A model generated the notes under the pieces. That model was not told the DNA's origin. It searched no databases and saw only the letters and a program-made list of their open reading frames with translations. A DNA stretch of 30,000 nucleotides from Brenneria goodwinii (lineage in GTDB: Bacteria > Pseudomonadota > Gammaproteobacteria > Enterobacterales > Enterobacteriaceae). The stretch spans positions 198,136 to 228,135 of the forward strand of contig NZ_CP014137.1 of NCBI RefSeq assembly GCF_002291445.1. Reading direction: 5' to 3'. Below are positions 17,949-26,605 of this stretch, piece by piece (positions within the stretch are counted from its first letter, which is position 1; the number at the start of each line of letters is the position of its first letter). Both the position numbers and the translations under genes were made by a program.

Positions 17949-18113
17949 AAACAGCCGATAAAAAATGAATAGTGAATTAAGTACGGCGATATAAAAATGG
18001 TTTTTATTCAAAACCAAAACGACAGGTTCTCTCTATTGGCTTATCGCTAGCCGCAATGGTTATCGCTGAGTTAAATGAATCAAACATGATAATAATTCAG
18101 TAAGGAGTTTATG

Positions 18114-18980
18114 ATGGATGTAACCGCAAAATACGAACTGATTGGATTAATGGCTTATCCTATCAGGCATAGCTTGTCTCCCGAAATGCAGAATAAAGCG
18201 ATTGAAGAGGTCGGTTTGCCTTATACCTATATGGCTTTTGAGGTCGACAACACCGCCTTTGGTCAGGCAATCGAAGGGCTTAAGGCGTTAAAAATGCGCG
18301 GTACCGGCGTTTCCATGCCCAACAAGAAACTGGCTTGTAAATATGTGGATGAATTAACCCCGGCAGCCAAACTGGTTGGCGCAATCAATACCATCGTAAA
18401 CGACAACGGTTACCTCAGAGGATATAACACTGACGGTACGGGACATATTCGGGCTATTAAAGAAGCCGGCTTTGATATCAAGGGCAAGAAAATGGTGCTT
18501 GTCGGCGCCGGGGGCGCTTCTACGGCTATCGGCGCCCAGGCGGCAATCGAGGGCATCAAGGAAATTATGTTGTTCAACCGCAAGGATGAGTTTTACCAAG
18601 ACGCGCTCGCCTTTGCAAAACGCGTTAATGACAACACGGATTGCACGATTACGGTCAATGACCTGGCCGACCAGAAAGCGTTCGCCAAGGCGATTGCCAA
18701 TGCCGATATCCTGACCAACGGCACGAAAGTGGGGATGAAACCGCTGGAAGATATGTGCGTCGTCAGCGACAAATCGTTGCTGCGTCCAGATTTGCTGGTT
18801 TCCGAATGTGTCTACAACCCTCATATCACCAAGCTGTTGCAAATGGCGATGGATGTCGGCTGTAAAACCGTTGACGGTTATGGAATGTTGTTATGGCAGG
18901 GGGCGGAGCAGTTCAAGCTTTGGACCGGGAAAGATTTCCCCTTGGAATATATTAAAAAGGTCATGGGGTTCAACGCATAG
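18114..18980 (+). CDS. ydiB: NAD(P)-dependent quinate/shikimate dehydrogenase YdiB
   Basis: The translation [29 protein letters not shown]... is near-identical to E. coli YdiB. Starting at ATG 18114 gives 6-nt spacing from AGGAG and a 288-aa product. ATG 18111 is only 3 nt from the SD. Confidence 0.95.
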   Translation: MDVTAKYELIGLMAYPIRHSLSPEMQNKAIEEVGLPYTYMAFEVDNTAFGQAIEGLKALKMRGTGVSMPNKKLACKYVDELTPAAKLVGAINTIVNDNGYLRGYNTDGTGHIRAIKEAGFDIKGKKMVLVGAGGASTAIGAQAAIEGIKEIMLFNRKDEFYQDALAFAKRVNDNTDCTITVNDLADQKAFAKAIANADILTNGTKVGMKPLEDMCVVSDKSLLRPDLLVSECVYNPHITKLLQMAMDVGCKTVDGYGMLLWQGAEQFKLWTGKDFPLEYIKKVMGFNA

Positions 18981-18991
18981 AAGGGCGCAGA

Positions 18992-19747
18992 ATGAAAACC
19001 GTAACAGTGAAAAATCTGGTGATAGGCGAAGGCGCTCCCAAAATTATCGTGTCATTGATGGGAAAAGATGTGCCAGCGATTAAGTCGGAAGCGCAATATT
19101 ACAAGGATTTTGACTTTGATATTCTGGAATGGCGTATCGATCATTTTGATGATGTGGAAAATATTGAGAGTGTTATCGACGCGGCGCGCCAGCTCAGAAG
19201 CATCATTCACGATAAACCGATCCTCTTTACCTTTCGAACCGCCAAAGAAGGGGGGGAGAAGGATATATCGCCCGATGATTATATTTCTCTGAATCAAAAG
19301 ATCGTTGATAGCGGTCTGGTAGACATGATTGATCTGGAACTTTTTACCGGCGATCAATGGGTGAGTGCGACGATAGAGCATGCCCATGCCAAAGGGGTAA
19401 AAGTCATCATGTCCAATCATGATTTCCATAAAACACCGCCTAAAGAAGAAATTATCAAACGCCTGCGTAAAATGCAGGAACTCGGGGCCGATATTCCCAA
19501 GATCGCGCTCATGCCGCAGAGCAAAAACGATGTCGTGACTTTGCTGGCGGCTACGCTGGAAATGTATGAAAAACATGCGGATCGCCCCATTATTACGATG
19601 TCGATGGCGAAACCCGGCATTATTTCGCGCTTATCGGGTGAAGTGTTTGGATCGGCCGCCACATTCGGCGCACTGAAAAAAGCGTCTGCTCCGGGGCAGA
19701 TAGGTATTCAAGACTTAAGATCTGTTCTGAATATATTGCATCAATAA
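18992..19747 (+). CDS. aroD: Type I 3-dehydroquinate dehydratase AroD
   Basis: The 251-aa product ([26 protein letters not shown]...EWRIDHF...KIALMPQ...) is collinear with E. coli AroD. It starts 11 nt after ydiB. Confidence 0.95.
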   Translation: MKTVTVKNLVIGEGAPKIIVSLMGKDVPAIKSEAQYYKDFDFDILEWRIDHFDDVENIESVIDAARQLRSIIHDKPILFTFRTAKEGGEKDISPDDYISLNQKIVDSGLVDMIDLELFTGDQWVSATIEHAHAKGVKVIMSNHDFHKTPPKEEIIKRLRKMQELGADIPKIALMPQSKNDVVTLLAATLEMYEKHADRPIITMSMAKPGIISRLSGEVFGSAATFGALKKASAPGQIGIQDLRSVLNILHQ

Positions 19748-20012
19748 TAAAGCGGCGTTTATTTAAATATTAAAACAGGAATCTGTCAGGAATTCTGAAT
19801 AAATATCCGTACCCGTTATCACTCAAGTGGCAGCTGTGTCGGTATTCTGTCTCTGGCAAATTATCGGGTATATAAGATTACCGTTCAAATAGGTAATGGA
19901 CGCTTTTATGTCATTTTTTTCGGTGGCTGCATTATCTGAGCCACGTTAATAACGGCGAGTGTTTCACCTGTTGAATGGAGAAAAATCAATTCGGTCATGA
20001 TTAGGAGTACCC

Positions 20013-21605
20013 ATGAAACTGGAAAAACCGAAAAGAATTAATGGTAGAGTCCCGGTCTTATCTGCTGAAGAAGCCGTAAAATATATTCCGGATGAAGCGA
20101 CGCTGTGCGTGTTAGGCGCCGGCGGGGGCATTCTGGAAGCAACCACGCTCATTACGGCATTGTCTGAACGCTATAAAAGTACGCAATCGCCGCGTAATCT
20201 TTCTTTAATCAGCCCGACGGGATTGGGCGACCGGGCGGAAAAAGGAATTAGTCCACTCGCTCAGGAGGGATTGGTTAAATGGGCGCTGTGTGGCCACTGG
20301 GGACAATCTCCGCGTATTTCCGATTTGGCCGAACAAAACAAGATCAGCGCTTACAACTATCCGCAAGGCGTGTTAACCCAGGCCATCAGAGCGTCGGCCG
20401 CTCATCAGCCCGGTATTTTGAGCAATATCGGTATCGGTACGTTTGTTGACCCGCGCCAGCAAGGCGGGAAACTCAATGAAGTGACCAAAGAAGAGCTGAT
20501 TAAACTGGTGGAAATTGATAATCAGGAATATCTCTTCTATAAGGCGATCGCGCCGAACATCGCCTTTATCCGCGCCACCACCTGCGATAGCGAAGGTTAT
20601 GCCTCCTTTGAAGATGAAGTGATGTATCTGGACGCGTTGGTGATCGCGCAAGCGGTGCATAACAATGGCGGCATTGTGATGATGCAGGTCCAGAAGATGG
20701 TCAAAAAAGCGACCCTTCATCCCAAATCCGTCAGAATTCCCGGCTATCTGGTGGATATTGTCGTCGTCGATCCGGCGCAAACGCAGCTTTATGGCGGCGC
20801 GCCGGTCAACCGCTTTATTTCCGGTGATTTTGTGCTTGATGACAGTACCAAAATGGAGATTCCGCTGAATCAGCGCAAGCTGGTGGCTCGTCGCGCGCTG
20901 TTTGAAATGCGCAAAGGGGCGGTGGGGAACGTCGGGGTCGGTATCGCGGATGGTATTGGTCTGGTGGCCAGAGAAGAGGGCTGCGCCGACGACTTCGTAT
21001 TGACGGTGGAAACCGGTCCTATTGGCGGCATTACCACACAAGGCGTTGCTTTCGGCGCCAATGTTAATACGCGCGCCATTCTGGATATGACCTCCCAGTT
21101 CGACTTTTACCACGGCGGCGGGTTGGATGTCTGCTATTTGAGTTTTGCTGAAATAGATCAGCACGGTAATGTCGGCGTCCATAAATTTAATGGAAAAATT
21201 ATGGGCACGGGGGGATTTATCGATATCAGTGCGACGTCGAAGAAAATCATATTTTGTGGAACGTTAACCGCAGGCAGTTTGAAAACCGAAGTCGGCGAAG
21301 GGAAGCTGAAAATTACTCAGGAAGGCAGAGTTAAGAAGTTTATAAAAGAAATACCGGAAATTACATTCAGTGGAAAAATAGCGCTGGAGCGTGGGCTGGA
21401 TGTTCGTTATATCACGGAGCGAGCGGTATTTACGTTGAAAGAAGACGGCCTGCATTTGGTTGAAATTGCGCCCGGTGTGGATTTGGAAAAAGATATTTTA
21501 TCCCAAATGGATTTTAAACCGATTATATCCAGTGACTTGCAGTTGATGGATGAAAGAATGTTTTGTGACAAAGTCATGGGGTTTATTTTACCTGAAGGTG
21601 AATAA
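20013..21605 (+). CDS. ydiF: Fused-subunit acyl-CoA:acetate/short-chain acid CoA-transferase YdiF
   Basis: The 530-aa product is collinear with E. coli YdiF (..INGRVPVLSA.EAV.YIPDEATLCVLGAGGGILEATTLITAL..). AGGAG lies 5 nt upstream. Confidence 0.95.
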   Translation: MKLEKPKRINGRVPVLSAEEAVKYIPDEATLCVLGAGGGILEATTLITALSERYKSTQSPRNLSLISPTGLGDRAEKGISPLAQEGLVKWALCGHWGQSPRISDLAEQNKISAYNYPQGVLTQAIRASAAHQPGILSNIGIGTFVDPRQQGGKLNEVTKEELIKLVEIDNQEYLFYKAIAPNIAFIRATTCDSEGYASFEDEVMYLDALVIAQAVHNNGGIVMMQVQKMVKKATLHPKSVRIPGYLVDIVVVDPAQTQLYGGAPVNRFISGDFVLDDSTKMEIPLNQRKLVARRALFEMRKGAVGNVGVGIADGIGLVAREEGCADDFVLTVETGPIGGITTQGVAFGANVNTRAILDMTSQFDFYHGGGLDVCYLSFAEIDQHGNVGVHKFNGKIMGTGGFIDISATSKKIIFCGTLTAGSLKTEVGEGKLKITQEGRVKKFIKEIPEITFSGKIALERGLDVRYITERAVFTLKEDGLHLVEIAPGVDLEKDILSQMDFKPIISSDLQLMDERMFCDKVMGFILPEGE

Positions 21606-21626
21606 TAATAAATAGGAGTGCGGATT

Positions 21627-22775
21627 ATGGACTTTGCTTTAACCGAAGAGCAAGAGTTGCTGCTTGCCAGTATTCGGGAACTTATTACCAATAATTTCCC
21701 CGAAGAATATTTCAGAACATGCGACCAAACGGCAACCTACCCCAAAGAATTTATGAAGGCGCTATCTGATAATGGTATTTCCTTATTGGGCGTGCCGGAG
21801 GAGTATAACGGCATACCGGCTGACTATGTGACCCAAATGCTTGCTCTGATGGAAGTGTCAAAATGCGGCGCGCCCGCGTTTCTGATCACCAACGGGCAAT
21901 GTATTCACAGTATGCGGCGATTCGGATCGCCGGAGCAGTTACAGAAAACGGCTGAAAGCACATTGGCTACCGGCGATCCTGCGTACGCGCTGGCGCTCAC
22001 GGAGCCTGGGGCGGGCTCGGACAACAATAGCGCGACAACCACATACACGCGCAAAAATGGCAAAGTGTATCTGAACGGCCAGAAAACCTTCATTACGGGG
22101 GCCAAAGAATATCCCTACATGCTGGTACTGGCCCGCGATCCCGAGCCCAAGGATCCGAAGAAAGCGTTCACCCTCTGGTGGGTTGAGTCGAATAGTCCGG
22201 GCATCAAAATTAACCCTTTGCATAAAATTGGCTGGCATATGCTGAGTACCTGCGAAGTCTACCTGGATAATGTCGAGGTAGATGAAAGCGATAGGGTGGG
22301 TGAAGAAGGCATGGGCTTCCTGAATGTGATGTATAACTTTGAAATGGAACGCCTGATCAACGCCGCCCGCAGTACCGGTTTCGCGGAGTGCGCATTTGAA
22401 GATGCCGCCAGATATGCCAACCAGCGCATTCAGTTTGGCAAACCAATCGGCTATAACCAGATGATTCAGGAAAAACTGGCGTTAATGGCGATAAAAACCG
22501 AAAACATGCGCAACATGGTGTTGAAAGTGGCGTGGCAGGCGGATATGAATCAGTCGTTAAGAACCAGCGCGGCGCTGTGTAAGCTGTATTGCGCCCGTAC
22601 CGCGCTTGAAGTTATTGATGACGCGATACAAATCATGGGCGGGCTGGGTTATACGGATGATGCGCGCGTTTCCAGATTCTGGCGCGATGTCCGTTGTGAA
22701 AGGATTGGCGGCGGAACGGATGAAATTATGATCTATATCGCCGGCCGCCAGATTCTGAAAGATTATCAGAATTAA
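21627..22775 (+). CDS. ydiO: Acyl-CoA dehydrogenase YdiO
   Basis: Starting at ATG 21627 (MDFALTEEQELLLASIRELIT.NFPEEYFRTCDQ) gives 382 aa, collinear with E. coli YdiO. AGGAG lies 8 nt upstream. The track start 21618 is a GTG inside the SD. Confidence 0.95.
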   Translation: MDFALTEEQELLLASIRELITNNFPEEYFRTCDQTATYPKEFMKALSDNGISLLGVPEEYNGIPADYVTQMLALMEVSKCGAPAFLITNGQCIHSMRRFGSPEQLQKTAESTLATGDPAYALALTEPGAGSDNNSATTTYTRKNGKVYLNGQKTFITGAKEYPYMLVLARDPEPKDPKKAFTLWWVESNSPGIKINPLHKIGWHMLSTCEVYLDNVEVDESDRVGEEGMGFLNVMYNFEMERLINAARSTGFAECAFEDAARYANQRIQFGKPIGYNQMIQEKLALMAIKTENMRNMVLKVAWQADMNQSLRTSAALCKLYCARTALEVIDDAIQIMGGLGYTDDARVSRFWRDVRCERIGGGTDEIMIYIAGRQILKDYQN

Positions 22776-22860
22776 GCCGCCCCTTCGCAGGGGAAGGGGT
22801 TTTAATCAGCTAGCTCCTCCCCCTGACAAGGGGGAGGCTGGGTGGGGGTAATTAACGGCA
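22776..22860 (+). repeat. Two-hairpin extragenic repeat, copy 2
   Basis: It begins at the first base after the ydiO stop, between convergent ydiO and ydiP. Hairpin A is CCCCTTC-GCAGG-GGAAGGGG and hairpin B is CCTCCCCC-TGACAA-GGGGGAGG. The tail is CTGGGTGGGGGTAATTAACGGCA. It aligns with the reverse complement of 5121-5207. Confidence 0.75.
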
Positions 22861-22903
22861 CTATTTCGAACTTTATAAATAGGGGATGGGTTTCCTGAGA
22901 CGG

Positions 22904-23815
22904 TCAGATTAACATTCCCTGATTTTCATCGCACCCTGTAATATATTCCAGATTATTGAGATCGCTTTTAAACTGTTTTCTGTATTCAGAGGGGGAACAA
23001 CCGACATGCCGAATAAATAATTTTGTGAAATGGTCGACATTATCGTATCCGACTCTGAAAGAAATTTCATTTAGGCACAATTCCGTGTTAGTCAATGAAA
23101 ACTTTGCTTCTGTAATCCGGCGTCGAATGACATAGTTGATGGGGGAAATATTATATTCTTTTGTAAACTCATGACAAATATAGCTCACGCTGGCGCGGAA
23201 CTTCTTTGCCAGTCGATCCAGGGTGATTTTTTCTCTGTAATTATTATTCAAATAAACCAAAATATCTTTTACCAAAACATCTTTTATTATATGCCCGGAG
23301 TCCGTTCGATAGGCATTTTTGAAATTGTCATAAAATATGACCGTAAGCGCATAGCCAAAAGCATCATAGACGGATGACGGGATACTATTCTTTTGTTTCG
23401 GCAATATCATGCTGATTTCTTGGAAAATGCTTTTTATAACATCTTTGTTTTTGACGGCGGAAACAACAGGACATGAGTTCGGCTGCATTACCCGGCCTTC
23501 ATCAAGACCCTTAATCTTGAAGCCATAAACCGCGCAAGTATAGGTCGTTGCGGGCGATGCGCTATCAGACGCCACGGCGTGCAGGCTGCCGCGCTCAATG
23601 ACCACGATATCTCCAGCCTGAGCGATGTAGTTCGATGAGTCTATGGTGAGTTTGGCAACGCCTGTTTTCACATAGATCAGTTCGGTTTCAGCTTCATGCA
23701 CATGATGGCCGGACTCCCAGTTTGGGTCATCGCTAATAACATATCTGGATAGCTTCGGCATCAGTCCGTTTTCAAAAATGGTATCCGTTTTATTGTCAAA
23801 CCAATGCTGATACAT
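22904..23815 (-). CDS. ydiP: AraC-family transcriptional regulator YdiP (cupin plus HTH)
   Basis: Starting at ATG 23815 (MYQHWFDN...; GGAGG 5 nt upstream) gives 303 aa, the E. coli YdiP length. The track start 23854 is a TTG. The C-terminus carries an AraC HTH (..NYVIRRRITEAKFSL...GYDNVDHFTKLFIRHVGCSPSEYRKQF). Confidence 0.9.
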   Translation of the reverse strand: MYQHWFDNKTDTIFENGLMPKLSRYVISDDPNWESGHHVHEAETELIYVKTGVAKLTIDSSNYIAQAGDIVVIERGSLHAVASDSASPATTYTCAVYGFKIKGLDEGRVMQPNSCPVVSAVKNKDVIKSIFQEISMILPKQKNSIPSSVYDAFGYALTVIFYDNFKNAYRTDSGHIIKDVLVKDILVYLNNNYREKITLDRLAKKFRASVSYICHEFTKEYNISPINYVIRRRITEAKFSLTNTELCLNEISFRVGYDNVDHFTKLFIRHVGCSPSEYRKQFKSDLNNLEYITGCDENQGMLI

Positions 23816-24451
23816 GACTACCTCCGCGTTTAATCGTAAGGTGTTAGCCAACAATTAGATGATGAGAAAATATAGCAACCGATGACAGTTATAACACGGA
23901 TCCGGCGCGCAAAAACAAGATTGTTTGTATGCTATGCAAGATAGTATGGCAGCCGAAAAATTCGATAAAACACACAATCGTTACAGGAATTGATCTATTT
24001 CTCTCTCTCCTCCACGCCCTGACGGCGCCTGTAATAGTCAAATTTCACACGCTGAATTTACAACGACAACGTAATTTTATTTTTTCACCGGAATTGCGAA
24101 AATCCTCCCAAAAAAGATCATTATTTATGATGCATATCACACCCTTTTTTCTCATCCTTTTGGGCGTGTTCATTTCGTGTTTAACGCCATTCTATCCTCA
24201 TGTATTACTTTGTCAGAACAAATAAAAAATAAGTAATTAACATGTCATTATAGGACGCCACTTTTTTTTGCAAGATAGTTGGTAACTAAAACATATTATC
24301 ATGTCGTTTTTTCTCCCGAACAGTATCAATATATCACCATACACTTTGTATATCCCTTTGAGATAAATAGCTTTTGTCATCAATAAATTTCATGGGGAAA
24401 CAAAGAAATTTATTTTACCTATTAAAAATGCATAGCCGAAGTAAGGGGATA

Positions 24452-24583
24452 TATACCCATCATACTTCAAGTTGTACTCGGTCACCTGAATCGCTTATCT
24501 GAGTAAGCACAGCGGGATTAATAAGACGTGTTGCAAGGCTCATGAATGAACCTTGTCCCGCACCGCGAATTATTTTGGGTATA
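24452..24583. repeat. ERIC (enterobacterial repetitive intergenic consensus / IRU) element, full length with a divergent centre
   Basis: The ends TATACCCATCATACTTCAAGTTG... and ...CGAATTATTTTGGGTATA match the two ERIC termini as I remember them (TATACCCAAATAATTCG... / ...GCAACTTGAAGTATGACGGGTATA, reverse orientation here). The length of 132 bp fits the ~127-bp consensus. Confidence 0.7.
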
Positions 24584-24604
24584 GATGTTTAACCGGAGAA
24601 AAAC

Positions 24605-24745
24605 ATGCGCCAACAAAAGATCTTTCCCCTTTCTTTATTGCCGGCGATCGGCATTTATCTGAATCGTTTTATTCACCCGCAGGGGCATCACCATTTAGGT
24701 TCGGCGGTCTTTGCCGCTGAGCCGAATATCTGTTATTGCCGATAG
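24605..24745 (+). pseudogene. N-terminal relic of a ydiM/ydiN-family MFS transporter gene (46-codon ORF ending inside the ydiQ Shine-Dalgarno)
   Basis: MRQQKIFPLSLLPAIGIYLNRFIH resembles the YdiN N-terminus in this window (MSQHKAFNAPFLLAAIGIYLSYFLH) and YdiM (..GLYINYLVH). After H the frame is lost; 7 nt later the +1 frame reads GITI-stop (compare HGISVITL). GGAGA lies 5 nt upstream of the ATG. The remaining ~370 codons of an MFS gene are absent. Confidence 0.45.
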
Positions 24746-24753
24746 GAGATACC

Positions 24754-25518
24754 ATGAAAATCATAACCTGCTTCAAGCTGGTACCCGAAGAGCAAGACAT
24801 TGTGGTTACCGCACAACAGACGCTCAATTTTGATCGCACCGACGCCAAGATCAGCCAGTTCGATCTGAATGCCATTGAAGCTGCCGTACAGTTGGCCGGC
24901 GATGAGGGTCAGGTAACGGCGCTCAGCGTGGGCGGTAAGTATTTGGAAAACACCAAGGTACGTAAAGACGTACTGTCACGCGGTCCGCAGGCGCTCTATT
25001 TGGTTCAGGATGCGCATCTGGAACAGGCGTTGCCGAAAGATACCGCTCAGGCTCTGGCCGCGGCGGCCGGTAAGATCGGATTCGATCTGATACTGTTCGG
25101 CGAAGGTTCTGGCGACCTGTACGCCCAACAGGTCGGGCTGCTGGTCGGCGAGATGCTGCAACTTCCCACGGTTAATGCCGTCAGTAATATCCAAGTTGTC
25201 GATAATCACGTCCTGGTTGAACGTACATTGGAAGAAGAAGTGGAAGTGCTGGAGTTACCGCTTCCGGCCGTACTTTGCGTCACTTCCGATATCAATGTTC
25301 CCAAAATTCCGACTATGAAGGCCATCCTCGGCGCGGGGAAAAAACCGGTAACGCAATGGAAGGCCGGCGACATCGGCTGGACACCGACTCAGCCCTATTC
25401 CGAACTTATCCATGTCCATGTGCCGCCGCAGGCAGAACGTAAACACATCATCATTGAAAGCGATACGCCAGAAGCGATTGGTGAGTTGGCGGAACATCTG
25501 AAAAAAGTGCTGAACTAA
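24754..25518 (+). CDS. ydiQ: Electron transfer flavoprotein beta-subunit homologue YdiQ
   Basis: Starting at ATG 24754 ([16 protein letters not shown]...; AGGAG 5 nt upstream) gives 254 aa, the E. coli YdiQ length. The track start 24736 is a TTG. Confidence 0.95.
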   Translation: MKIITCFKLVPEEQDIVVTAQQTLNFDRTDAKISQFDLNAIEAAVQLAGDEGQVTALSVGGKYLENTKVRKDVLSRGPQALYLVQDAHLEQALPKDTAQALAAAAGKIGFDLILFGEGSGDLYAQQVGLLVGEMLQLPTVNAVSNIQVVDNHVLVERTLEEEVEVLELPLPAVLCVTSDINVPKIPTMKAILGAGKKPVTQWKAGDIGWTPTQPYSELIHVHVPPQAERKHIIIESDTPEAIGELAEHLKKVLN

Positions 25519-25540
25519 TCCGAAACGGAGAAAAATCACC

Positions 25541-26494
25541 ATGAGTAAATTAACCAATGTCTGGGTGTTCAGCGACAACATCGATCGCTACGCCGATTTG
25601 TTGGCGGGCGCCCGTCAGTGGGGGGAACACGTCAACGTACTGGTACAGGATTCCGACGCGGCGTCATCCGTTAAGCTGTTAGGGGCGGATATGATCTATG
25701 TTCTGGGGGAGAAATCCGCCCGGCAGCGCATAGAAAACTATGCTGAAACCATCGCTTCCCTTGTGGAAAAACCCGCCGCGCAGCCACGGCCCGTCGCCCT
25801 GATCCTGATGTCTGCGACCAAACGCGGTAAAGCGCTGGCGGCCAGACTGAGCATTCTGCTCGATGCGGCGGTGGTTAACGACGTTACTTCACTGACCGTC
25901 AGCGATGACGGCACCTATGCCGAGCACCGGATGTACGGCGGGTTGGCATTCGGCAGAGAAAAAATCAATACGCCGATTGCCATTGTCACGCTGGCGCCCG
26001 GCGCCGTAGAGCCGGTATCGGCAAATCAAACTCACGACTGTCCGCTATCACAGGTGAACTATGTCGCGCCTCGTCAGGAAATTTTGTGCAAGGAACGCCG
26101 GAAAAAATCGTTGAGCAGCGTTGACCTGAGTAAAGCCAAACGCGTGGTCGGTGTGGGCCGTGGTTTGGTTTCTCAGGATGATTTGCGCATGGTACAGGAA
26201 CTGGCGACGGCGCTCGGTGCGGAGGTCGGTTGTTCCCGGCCGATTGCCGAAGGCGAACACTGGATGGAACGCGAACGCTATATCGGCGTATCAGGCGTAC
26301 TGCTGAAATCCGATCTCTATCTGACGCTGGGTATTTCCGGGCAGATCCAGCATATGGTCGGGGGCAATGGCGCGAAAATCATCGTCGCCATCAATAAAGA
26401 TAAGAACGCGCCTATTTTCAAATACGCCGACTACGGTCTGGTCGGGGACATTTACAAAGTGGTTCCCGCCCTGATAGCGCAACTGACTCGTTAA
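25541..26494 (+). CDS. ydiR: Electron transfer flavoprotein alpha-subunit homologue YdiR
   Basis: The 317-aa product is collinear with E. coli YdiR (MS.L..VWVFSDN..RYA.L..GA.QWG..; C-terminal ..GISGQIQHMVGGNGAK.IVAINKDKNAPIF.YADYGLVGDIYKVVPALI.QL.R). Confidence 0.95.
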   Translation: MSKLTNVWVFSDNIDRYADLLAGARQWGEHVNVLVQDSDAASSVKLLGADMIYVLGEKSARQRIENYAETIASLVEKPAAQPRPVALILMSATKRGKALAARLSILLDAAVVNDVTSLTVSDDGTYAEHRMYGGLAFGREKINTPIAIVTLAPGAVEPVSANQTHDCPLSQVNYVAPRQEILCKERRKKSLSSVDLSKAKRVVGVGRGLVSQDDLRMVQELATALGAEVGCSRPIAEGEHWMERERYIGVSGVLLKSDLYLTLGISGQIQHMVGGNGAKIIVAINKDKNAPIFKYADYGLVGDIYKVVPALIAQLTR

Positions 26495-26498
26495 TAAT

Positions 26499-26578
26499 GT
26501 GAGTCCCGCCGCCTTAGCCCCATAGATTTCGCGGTGCAGGAAGCCAACGCACCTGCAACTTGAAAGATGAAGGGGATA
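26499..26578 (+). repeat. Half ERIC element inside the ydiR-ydiS intercistronic spacer
   Basis: GTGAGTCCC...GCAGGAAGCCAACGCACCTGCAACTTGAAAGATGAAGGGGATA matches the right half of the ERIC consensus as I remember it (GTGAATCCCC...GAGGAAAGCCAACGCACATGCAACTTGAAGTATGACGGGTATA). Confidence 0.6.
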
Positions 26579-26605
26579 GGCGTGGCGGGATAGGGAGCCG
26601 AGATA

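Noticed and set aside
20373-21182. Long antisense ORF (269 aa) inside ydiF. Similar antisense or alternate-frame ORFs occur at 7824-8498 (in proV), 14128-14859 (in ydiM), 5193-5741 (in proX), 9890-10384 and 10511-11026 (in the ggt-family gene), 26291-26764, 27378-27742 and 27694-28197 (in ydiR/S/T), and 18354-18842 and 19052-19576 (in ydiB/aroD).
   Set aside because: Each lies entirely within a strongly supported conserved gene on the other strand or frame. The translations are Arg/Gly/His-rich and not protein-like, and none has an SD. These are typical shadow ORFs.
23929-24225. A 98-aa ORF in the ydiP-ydiQ spacer, including a hydrophobic tail (MMHITPFFLILLGVFISCLTPF..).
   Set aside because: The region is AT-rich, so hydrophobic or Phe/Leu/Ile-rich translations arise by composition alone. 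It has no SD and I recognise no homology.
23935-24279. An 11-bp direct repeat TGCAAGATAGT at 23935-23945 and 24269-24279 in the ydiP-ydiQ spacer, considered as possible YdiP (AraC) half-sites.
   Set aside because: By rough estimate the chance of one shared 11-mer within an ~800-bp AT-rich region is about 10 percent. The 334-bp spacing is not typical for AraC half-sites. It is worth remembering only if footprinting is done.
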